A stretch of DNA of 64,000 nucleotides from Verrucomicrobiota bacterium. GTDB lineage: Bacteria > Verrucomicrobiota > Verrucomicrobiia > Limisphaerales > AAA164-E04. The DNA lies in the NCBI GenBank assembly GCA_047947115.1, contig CP170459.1:4000001-4064000 (forward strand), written 5' to 3'. Position 1 is the stretch's first letter. Each line of letters starts with the position of its first letter. The notes below the pieces were generated by a model. That model made no database searches. It was not told where the DNA came from and saw only the letters and a program-made list of their open reading frames with translations. Positions 25,165-33,451 of this stretch are shown piece by piece. The translations under genes were made by a program, and so were the position numbers.

Positions 25165-28100
25165 ATGTCTATCCATGTCGCCCTGAATCATCAGAGCATT
25201 TACGCTTACGATCGACCGGTCACACATCATCCGCACCTGATCCGGCTGCGTCCGGCACCGCACTGTCGCACCAGAGTGATTTCCTATTCACTGAAACTCT
25301 CATCGAAGGACCATTTCCTCAACTGGCAACAGGATCCGTTTGGCAATTACCTTGCCCGAAGCGTGTTCCAAAAGCCTTTGAAAGACCTCCGTATCGAAGT
25401 TGATCTCGTCGCGGAGATGGCGGTGCACAATCCATTTGATTTTTTCCTCGAATCATATGCCGAACAATTTCCATTCAAATATGAAACATGGCTCCAGAAG
25501 GAATTACGCCCGTACTTGGAAACTCCCGATCGTACACCGTGCTTCCTGAAATTCGCCCGCAGCATTGATCAGAAAAAAATCCACACGGTGGATTTCCTGG
25601 TCCAACTCAATCAAAGGCTGAACAAGGAAATCAAATATCTCATCCGGCTCGAACCCGGTGTGCAAACCCCGGAGGAAACATTGACCAAACAATCGGGTTC
25701 CTGCAGGGATTCGGCATGGTTGATGGTGCAGCTTCTCAGATGGCTGGGGCTTGCCGCACGCTTTGCATCGGGTTACCTGATCCAATTGAAAGCCGACCTC
25801 AAATCTCTGGACGGACCTTCCGGTACAGAAGTTGATTTCACGGATCTCCATGCATGGTGCGAAGTGTATCTGCCCGGTGCAGGATGGATCGGTTTGGACC
25901 CAACCTCCGGCCTGTTGGCTGGAGAGGGGCACATCCCTCTGGCCTGTACCCCTGATCCTACCGGAGCAGCCCCCATCACTGGGTCGACCGATCTCTGCAA
26001 GGTGAAATTCAAGCATTCGATGCAGGTTTCCCGCATATACGAATCGCCACGCGTCACTCTTCCCTATGAGGAAACCGTCTGGAAGCAAATCCGCTCCTTG
26101 GGTGACCGAGTAGATGCGCGCCTGCGACAGGGAGATATCCGACTCACCATGGGCGGTGAACCTACCTTTGTCAGCATTGATGACATGGACGGGGACGAAT
26201 GGAATTATACAGCCCTCAGCGATAAAAAGCTCACGATTGCCAAAGAACTTTCCTGGCGTTTAAAAAGCAAGCTGGCTAAAGGAGGTTTATTGCACCATGG
26301 CCAAGGCAAGTGGTATCCAGGAGAATCACTGCCACGTTGGGCCCTGAGTTGCTACTGGAGGAAGAATGGACTTCCGGTGTGGGAAAATCCGGCTTTGTTG
26401 GCATGGAAAGAGGCATCGGGCAGCGCCACACAGGACGATGCCAAACGATTTGCTCATACGCTGACAGAACTCTTGAATCTGGATGACAAACACATTCTCC
26501 CAGCCTACGAAGACATTTGGTATTACCTGTGGCGAGAACGTCGATTACCCTCCAATGTGGATCCGCTTCAATCCAAATTGAGCGAACCAGAAGAACGCAA
26601 GCGTCTGGCCAAAGTATTCGAACAGGGGCTGGACAATATTGTTGGCTACACCCTCCCCTTGCGCTTGCATCCATTGACAGGAGCCTGGGAAACGGGTCCG
26701 TGGTTCTTGAGAAGGGAATATTTATTCCTGACTCCCGGGGACTCCCCGATGGGATATCGACTGCCGCTCGACTCACTTCCCTGGCAGGATCCATCGAGTG
26801 TGGAATCCCTGCACGCTCCCGATCCAATGACTCTTGGGAAGGAAACTGGTTCAACTTCAGGTTTTGAAACGGGCAAACACAAATACGATGGATACCACAA
26901 GACCCTATCCGCCACCGATAGAGGAATTGGGGTATCGCAAGGCATCCAATCCTCCGCAAGCTCAGGTCACCCACACGAGGCCGAACTCAAATGGCAACAC
27001 CCATCTGGCTCGACAGATGCTGATCCATCATCGAACCAGTCCATCCCGCAACAAATCGTCCGGACCGCACTGTGCATCGAACCTAGAAACGGCATTTTAC
27101 ACATCTTCATGCCTCCCATGCCGACAGCAACTGATTATTTCAGATTGATCCAGGCAGTCGAAGCCACCGCGAGGAAATATGATACACCCGTGATCATTGA
27201 AGGGGAAACACCCCCATTCGATCCGGCGTATCAATCCATGAAAGTAACGCCAGACCCGGGGGTCATTGAAGTAAACGTGCCCCCATCCGACAACTGGGAG
27301 GAATTGTGCCACATGACCGAAACGGTTTATGAGGAAGCTCGTCAATCCAGATTGGGCACTGAAAAATTCCTGATGGATGGACGCCACACCGGTACCGGCG
27401 GCGGCAACCACATGACACTGGGCGGGACAACTCCTTCCGACAGCCCTTTTTTGCGCCGTCCGGACCTGCTGAAAAGTCTCGTGACTTATTGGCAAAACCA
27501 CCCGTCACTTAGTTTTCTGTTCAGTGGGATGTTTATCGGACCGACCAGTCAGCATCCTCGAGTAGATGAAGCACGCAACGATTCGCTCTACGAATTGGAG
27601 ATCGCCAATCGGCAGGTTTCAAAAAAGCAACCCATCGCCCCCTGGTTGGTAGACCGTATCTACCGGAATTTGTTGGTAGATTTGACCGGTAACACGCATC
27701 GTGCGGAATTCTGCATTGACAAGATGTTTTCCCCGGACAGCGCTTCGGGACGCCTTGGCTTGCTCGAAATGCGGGCATTTGAAATGCCCCCCCACCATCG
27801 CATGAGTTTGGTGCAACAACTGTTGTTGCGATCAATCATCTGCCGTGTATGGGAAGATCCATACGAACAACCCATGGTACGTTGGGGCACGCAAATCCAC
27901 GATCGGTTCATGCTGCCTTATTTCAATCAACTTGATTTCCAGGACGTCATCCAGGATTTACAGGACCATGACTTGCCCATGGATTTCGAATGGTTCGCCC
28001 CACATTTTGAATTTCGCTTTCCCAAGCATGGCGAAATCACCCGTCGAGCCATTCATCTCGAACTGCGGCACGCCCTGGAACCCTGGAACGTATTGGGAGA

Positions 28101-28575
28101 ACAAGGCAGCCTGGGTGGCACTTCCCGATTCGTTGATTCCTCTCTGGAGCGACTCCAGATCAAAGCTTCAGGCCTGATCGATTCCCGTTATTGGGTCACA
28201 TGCAATGGCAGACGTATCCCTCTTCATCCAACCGGAGTATTAGGAGAGTTTGTCGCGGGTGTCAGATACCGTGCATGGCAACCCGGTGAATGCCTCCATC
28301 CCACCATTGGTGTGCACGCGCCATTAGTGTTTGACATTCACGACTCCTGGAACAATCGCTCAATTGGCGGCTGTCAATACCACGTGGGTGATCCTGCAGG
28401 AAGGAACCACGAGCAGTTACCTATAAATGCCTTTGAAGCCGAAAGTCGTCGATTAGCACGTTTCTTCAACATCGGCCACACAGGAGGCGCCTGTTCCCCT
28501 CTTCCCATGGAGCAAAACCGTGATTTCCCCATGACACTGGACCTGCGAATGTATCCACAACAAAAAGAACTCTGA
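25165..28575 (+). CDS. Transglutaminase-like domain fused to DUF2126 putative COOH-NH2 (GS/GCS-fold) amidoligase
   Basis: N-terminal IRLRPAPH and WQQDPFGN; triad GSCRD / DLHAW / GLDPT; MGGEPTF, TPDPGVIEVN, GTGGGNH, HRAEFCIDK, GRLGLLEMRAFEMPP, FPMTLDLR. Confidence 0.92.
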   Translation: MSIHVALNHQSIYAYDRPVTHHPHLIRLRPAPHCRTRVISYSLKLSSKDHFLNWQQDPFGNYLARSVFQKPLKDLRIEVDLVAEMAVHNPFDFFLESYAEQFPFKYETWLQKELRPYLETPDRTPCFLKFARSIDQKKIHTVDFLVQLNQRLNKEIKYLIRLEPGVQTPEETLTKQSGSCRDSAWLMVQLLRWLGLAARFASGYLIQLKADLKSLDGPSGTEVDFTDLHAWCEVYLPGAGWIGLDPTSGLLAGEGHIPLACTPDPTGAAPITGSTDLCKVKFKHSMQVSRIYESPRVTLPYEETVWKQIRSLGDRVDARLRQGDIRLTMGGEPTFVSIDDMDGDEWNYTALSDKKLTIAKELSWRLKSKLAKGGLLHHGQGKWYPGESLPRWALSCYWRKNGLPVWENPALLAWKEASGSATQDDAKRFAHTLTELLNLDDKHILPAYEDIWYYLWRERRLPSNVDPLQSKLSEPEERKRLAKVFEQGLDNIVGYTLPLRLHPLTGAWETGPWFLRREYLFLTPGDSPMGYRLPLDSLPWQDPSSVESLHAPDPMTLGKETGSTSGFETGKHKYDGYHKTLSATDRGIGVSQGIQSSASSGHPHEAELKWQHPSGSTDADPSSNQSIPQQIVRTALCIEPRNGILHIFMPPMPTATDYFRLIQAVEATARKYDTPVIIEGETPPFDPAYQSMKVTPDPGVIEVNVPPSDNWEELCHMTETVYEEARQSRLGTEKFLMDGRHTGTGGGNHMTLGGTTPSDSPFLRRPDLLKSLVTYWQNHPSLSFLFSGMFIGPTSQHPRVDEARNDSLYELEIANRQVSKKQPIAPWLVDRIYRNLLVDLTGNTHRAEFCIDKMFSPDSASGRLGLLEMRAFEMPPHHRMSLVQQLLLRSIICRVWEDPYEQPMVRWGTQIHDRFMLPYFNQLDFQDVIQDLQDHDLPMDFEWFAPHFEFRFPKHGEITRRAIHLELRHALEPWNVLGEQGSLGGTSRFVDSSLERLQIKASGLIDSRYWVTCNGRRIPLHPTGVLGEFVAGVRYRAWQPGECLHPTIGVHAPLVFDIHDSWNNRSIGGCQYHVGDPAGRNHEQLPINAFEAESRRLARFFNIGHTGGACSPLPMEQNRDFPMTLDLRMYPQQKEL

Positions 28576-28645
28576 TAAACTACTACAAAATAAGTCTGTT
28601 TGAAAATTCACCTTTCCTGAAGACGATTGGCCTGTCATTTTCCTG

Positions 28646-31147
28646 ATGTCGACCATGGAACCAATCACGATAGATCCAGCTTCTCAATTATTGTCAGGGT
28701 GGCAGCCTGCCTCGAACACCTTTGATGAAGTACGAGATCCAAATGGAACCATCCGTCATCATTGGAAACATTTTTTCGATGGACTGGGGGGGCTGGGAAA
28801 AGAAGCGTTGGACGATCGTTGGAATCTAAGCCGTCGTATCTTGAGGAACCATGGAGCAAGTTATCACGTCACGACCAAGGAAGGTGAGAGTGAGCGGCCG
28901 TGGGAACTGGACCTGCTGCCATTCATCATCAGTGAAGCGGAATGGCAGCACATCGAAACAGGCATCATCCAGCGGGCAAGACTGCACAATCTGATCCTGC
29001 AGGATATTTATGCCCGGCCTCAATACTTGTTGAGGAACGGAGACATCCCCCCGGCACTGCTCTTTGCCAACCCTAACTTTTTGAGAGCCTGCCGGGGCGT
29101 CCCCATTCCGGGGAACCAATACCTTCAACTGCACGCTGTGGACCTTGCACGTTCACCAGACGGCACTTGGTGGGCATTGGATGATCGCATGCAGAGTCCC
29201 AACGGATTGGGGTATGCCCTGGAAAACCGTTCCATCATCGGTCGCATACATCGAGATCTGTTTGATCGGGATAAGGTCGCAGGCCTTAGCTCATTTTTCA
29301 ACATTCTGCGCCAGAACTTCCTGGCCTTGAACTGTGTCCATGACGGGTATCCACGCGTGGTGTTTTTGACTCCGGGCGTCCACAGTGATGCACATTACGA
29401 GCACACACTTCTCGCGAGGTATCTGGGATTCACACTCGTCGAAGGAGGCGACCTGACAGTTCGCAATGGAGACGTTTTTCTTAAAACAGTCGAAGGCCCC
29501 CAAAAAGTGAATGTGGTCGTCCGGCGCGTTAACGACACATTGTGTGACCCTACTGAATTGGATCCCTCCTCCTATCAGGGAACGCCGGGCCTTGTCCAGG
29601 CAACACGCATGGGCAAAGTTGCCTTGGCAAACGCATTGGGATCGGCTGTCGTCGAAACACCCGCCCTGCTCCCCTGCCTCACTCCACTTGCCAGACAAAT
29701 GCTTGGACAGGATCTCCTGATACCCAATGCAGAAACTTGGTGGTGTGGGGACGTACGCCATTGCCGATACGTGTTGGATCATCTGGACCGATTGATCATC
29801 AAGGCGGCTTTTCCCACAAAAAATAGATCAACCTTCAGCGGAATGGAACTCTCCGGCAAGGAACTGGCATCCCTGCGAACAAAGATTCAGGCACGCCCAT
29901 ATAACTATGTTGGACAGGCCCCCATCGAATTGTCCTCGGCACCCGTGTGGAACGGTCAATCCGTCGAATCAAGACCCATCGTACTCCGGGTGTTTGTGGC
30001 AGCCAATAAGGATTCTTATGCCGTTTTGCCGGGTGGATTGACTAAAGTCTCGCCATCCAGCCATACCCCTGTGAAAGGATTAAGGCTGGCAGGCGGAAGT
30101 AAGGATACCTGGATCGCTCGGGATTTGATTCCTCCACACAACGAAAGCCCCATCATCCTGGAATCACGGCCTGCCGGACGCATGCAAACAGGTGTTCCCA
30201 GCCGTACCGCCGATAATTTTTTCTGGTTGGGACGCTATACCGAACGGTTGGAACATCTCCTCCAAATGCTTCGCTCCGTTGCCACCCTACTAACGGAAGA
30301 GCCAGAACCACGAGCCTTGTTACAAGCCAAGGAGATTGTCGCGGCATTACACAGAATGGGGTTCCCACCCTGCGGAGACGCCACTGTGGAAAGTCCGGAT
30401 GGAATGTTAACTGCACTTTTACAAGTGTTCTATCAACCAACCATCACCGGTGGAGGTGCCGATTTGTGCCAAAGGCTGATTTATATCGCCTCATCACTCA
30501 GGGATCGTTTTTCCACTGCCGCATGGCAGGTGATGACTTCGATTAAACAGTATCCAGGGAAACAGCCATTACGCTATCGGGGAGAACACTTGTTGACTTC
30601 CACTAGGGAACTCATGACTCTCCTGTCAGCACTTTCTGGAATCGAGTCCGAAAACATCGTGCGAGGTCATGAATGGCGATTTTTGGATTTCGGAAAGCGG
30701 CTCGAGCGGTCTCAAAATCTTGCCATCCTCATGCGCCAGGTCCTGGGACAAACGATCGACAGAAATTTACTGCTCAATCCCCTTTTGGAAATCTGTGACA
30801 GTTCCATGACCTATCGCCGTCAGCATTATTCAGAACCAGAACTGGAATCAGTCATGTCATCGCTGTTGCTGGACGACAAAAACCCCAGGGCTTTGAAATT
30901 CAATATCCAAGTCATGATGGAACACAGCATGCATCTTTCCAGTCAGACACAACCAAACGGACCATCTCAGATAAACGTCGCACTGAAGCACATGGAACTG
31001 TTGTTTGAACCTACCTGCCGTGATTGGAAATCTTCTGCGGATAAAATCATCCCTGTTGATACACTGGACACACAACTGGAAGCATTGGTAAAGGCTTGTG
31101 AAGAAACATCGAACTTATTGACCCATCATTATTTCAACCTGGCTTAA
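28646..31147 (+). CDS. Circularly permuted ATP-grasp + alpha-E fusion protein
   Basis: RPWELDLLP, GIIQRARL, DRMQSPNGLGYALENR, LARYLGFTLVEGGDL, NALGS, GSKDTW, then PSRTADNFFWLGRYTER and GKRLER, DSSMTYRR. Confidence 0.92.
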   Translation: MSTMEPITIDPASQLLSGWQPASNTFDEVRDPNGTIRHHWKHFFDGLGGLGKEALDDRWNLSRRILRNHGASYHVTTKEGESERPWELDLLPFIISEAEWQHIETGIIQRARLHNLILQDIYARPQYLLRNGDIPPALLFANPNFLRACRGVPIPGNQYLQLHAVDLARSPDGTWWALDDRMQSPNGLGYALENRSIIGRIHRDLFDRDKVAGLSSFFNILRQNFLALNCVHDGYPRVVFLTPGVHSDAHYEHTLLARYLGFTLVEGGDLTVRNGDVFLKTVEGPQKVNVVVRRVNDTLCDPTELDPSSYQGTPGLVQATRMGKVALANALGSAVVETPALLPCLTPLARQMLGQDLLIPNAETWWCGDVRHCRYVLDHLDRLIIKAAFPTKNRSTFSGMELSGKELASLRTKIQARPYNYVGQAPIELSSAPVWNGQSVESRPIVLRVFVAANKDSYAVLPGGLTKVSPSSHTPVKGLRLAGGSKDTWIARDLIPPHNESPIILESRPAGRMQTGVPSRTADNFFWLGRYTERLEHLLQMLRSVATLLTEEPEPRALLQAKEIVAALHRMGFPPCGDATVESPDGMLTALLQVFYQPTITGGGADLCQRLIYIASSLRDRFSTAAWQVMTSIKQYPGKQPLRYRGEHLLTSTRELMTLLSALSGIESENIVRGHEWRFLDFGKRLERSQNLAILMRQVLGQTIDRNLLLNPLLEICDSSMTYRRQHYSEPELESVMSSLLLDDKNPRALKFNIQVMMEHSMHLSSQTQPNGPSQINVALKHMELLFEPTCRDWKSSADKIIPVDTLDTQLEALVKACEETSNLLTHHYFNLA

Positions 31148-31159
31148 AACTCAACCGCG

Positions 31160-32074
31160 ATGAAATACCATTGCTATAAAATCAGCCACAGCACACGTTA
31201 TCAATATTCAGCCATCGTTTCCGAAGGGGTACATCTGATCAAATTGAAGCCGAGAACCTTCCCGAATCAAAATTGCCTCGAATATTCACTGAACATTCTG
31301 CCGGCGGATGCACAGTTTTTTGACTTCACGGATTACTTTGGCAATTCCAGCACACATCTGACTGTATCGCGCCCACACCAGGAACTCATCGTGACCGCTC
31401 AATGCCGCGTGGCCGTGGGACTACCCTTCTGGCCTGCCCCGGATGAAACCCCTTCCTGGGAAGTGGTCAGAAACCAATTAAAAAAGGATCGTGGTGCCTT
31501 GACGCTGGAAGCCGTGGAATACGTGTTTGATTCTCCATTGATCCAATCAAACAAGGCAGTTGCGAAATTTGCCGAAGCATCATTCACCCCGGGCAGGCCT
31601 ATCTTCGAGGCAGGTTTGAATCTCACGCAGCGTATCTTCAATGATTTCCAGTTTGATCCTGCCGCAACAGAAGTCGCAACACCTGTGGCGACGGTCCTGT
31701 CACAGCGCAAGGGAGTGTGTCAGGATTTTGCTCACCTGGCGATTGCTTGTTTCCGTTCCCTGGGATTACCCGCAAAATACGTCAGTGGCTACCTTGAAAC
31801 CGATCCTCCGCCGGGCATACCAAAGCTAATCGGAGTGGATGCATCCCACGCATGGCTGGCCTTTTATTGCCCGGGAATCGGATGGATCGAACTGGATCCG
31901 ACAAATGGCTGCATCCCGGCCATGCGTCACATCAAAATCGGGTTCGGCAGAGACTATGGTGATATTGCCCCCCTGACTGGCATCATCAAAGGACCGGATG
32001 ATCACACGCTTCAGATTTCCGTCGATGTGATGGCGGACGGTGAGCTGCAGGAATATGCCGCCAACCCAATTTAA
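31160..32074 (+). CDS. Transglutaminase-like protein (Bact_transglu_N + core)
   Basis: HSTRYQY, DYFGN, triad GVCQDFAH / ASHAW / ELDPTN, GRDYGDIAP. Confidence 0.93.
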   Translation: MKYHCYKISHSTRYQYSAIVSEGVHLIKLKPRTFPNQNCLEYSLNILPADAQFFDFTDYFGNSSTHLTVSRPHQELIVTAQCRVAVGLPFWPAPDETPSWEVVRNQLKKDRGALTLEAVEYVFDSPLIQSNKAVAKFAEASFTPGRPIFEAGLNLTQRIFNDFQFDPAATEVATPVATVLSQRKGVCQDFAHLAIACFRSLGLPAKYVSGYLETDPPPGIPKLIGVDASHAWLAFYCPGIGWIELDPTNGCIPAMRHIKIGFGRDYGDIAPLTGIIKGPDDHTLQISVDVMADGELQEYAANPI

Positions 32075-32373
32075 TGGTGTGTCAGTAAATCGATACGATG
32101 CGGTTCTCTTCCAAGTTGGATCACCTGGTTTGGTTCCTGAAAGTCCAGTGCAGAAAGCCCCAAGGACGAAACCCCGAATTCCTCCAGCACATTGACAATT
32201 TCTTCCGCGTTTTCAGGAGATGGATGAATGAAAAAATAGATATCCGTCTTGTAATCACAAGACCATGCCAGGGCTTGCGCGCCCACGATGAGGAACTCAA
32301 CTTTGTGAGAGTTCAACAATGTGATTAACTCTTTCAAGTCCTGGTAGAGTTTCACTTTCGCTTGCATTCCCAA
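32071..32373 (-). pseudogene. Truncated small nucleotidyltransferase-like gene
   Basis: Resembles the ~150-aa family (DxKE...LN...VE.LIVG..AL, PS.ENA, VIQLG..P.RIDLLT). It ends right after RIDLLT and the catalytic-loop region appears degraded (AWSCDYKTDIYF). Confidence 0.6.
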
Positions 32374-32628
32374 AATGCAGTTAACTCAAGCAGAATATCC
32401 ATTCGTTGAACAGGAGTAAGGCTGCGAAAACAGGCGTTATCAGCTTCTTCAGCTCCCCGATTCAACAGATACCTGGCCAACGCGCCTTTCCTTTGCGGAG
32501 CGCATGGATATGATTGTGAAACAAAGGCGTTAAACAGCGCTGTGTTCCTTTGGCATGGGGTTCAAATGTTTAGGATTGCGCCTTTAAGTCAGGGGTTTTA
32601 GTCTCCGACGTTCATCAGAAATGACGCC

Positions 32629-33435
32629 ATGAGGTTTTTAAAATTAAATCCATTGTTGGGTGGGCTTTGTGTGGCCTCCCTGGTGGTTTGGGCTGGTTTC
32701 GGCGGGACATCCTGCGGTACCACTCATCAAAGGGCGGTGGTTCGGCTTCCCCAGATCGAGGGGGCCGCTTTTGTCGGGAATGCCGCTTGTTCGGATTGTC
32801 ATACGAATATCGTGGAGACGTTTCCCGCGAGTCCGCATGCGCGGTTCCACCTCGCTGAAGCAAATCATTCCGGGGAGTCCGGATGCGAGTCCTGTCATGG
32901 GGCCGGCAGTCTTCATGTCAAGGCCGGTGGAGGTAAAGGGGTGTTTATTCATAATCCGGGGAACAGTCCGGATTCCTGCCTGGAGTGTCATCGGGAAATT
33001 CATGCAAAATTCAGTCTACCGAATCGACATCCGGTGATGGAGGGGCAATTGAATTGTGTCGATTGCCATGATCCACACGGACGCGACATCTTCAAACCGT
33101 CCTCCTCAAATGGTCTTGCATTTGCCCGCTTGAATCAAAATTGTTCGGAATGCCACCAGGAGCAGGCCCGCAATTTTGTGTTCGAACATGAGGCCATGCG
33201 GGAGGGGTGCACTGAATGTCATGACCCCCATGGTTCGGTGAATCCAAAGATGCTGGTTCAGCGTGATTCCAATCTTTGCTTGAAGTGTCATGCCCAGACT
33301 CAATTCGCCGGTTCCGGGGATATTTTCATCGGCAAGGAACCGCATGGTTTCAATATGCAGGCGGGCGGTTGCTGGACCGCTGGTTGTCACACACAGGTCC
33401 ATGGGTCCATGGTCGATCCCAAATTAAGATTTTAA
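32629..33435 (+). CDS. MtrA/DmsE-like multiheme cytochrome c (7 CxxCH + 1 CX4CH)
   Basis: CSDCH, CESCH, CLECH, CVDCH, CSECH, CTECH, CLKCH, CWTAGCH; family-typical FVG..C, HP...G, CHDPHGS, FVFEH, QVHGS; N-terminal signal with possible lipobox GTSC. Confidence 0.88.
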   Translation: MRFLKLNPLLGGLCVASLVVWAGFGGTSCGTTHQRAVVRLPQIEGAAFVGNAACSDCHTNIVETFPASPHARFHLAEANHSGESGCESCHGAGSLHVKAGGGKGVFIHNPGNSPDSCLECHREIHAKFSLPNRHPVMEGQLNCVDCHDPHGRDIFKPSSSNGLAFARLNQNCSECHQEQARNFVFEHEAMREGCTECHDPHGSVNPKMLVQRDSNLCLKCHAQTQFAGSGDIFIGKEPHGFNMQAGGCWTAGCHTQVHGSMVDPKLRF

Positions 33436-33451
33436 CCTCAGGAGCCCCCTT

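Noticed and set aside
32549..32570. TTTGGCATGGGG as a sigma54 promoter for the cytochrome gene
   Set aside because: No GC at the required 10-nt spacing after GG
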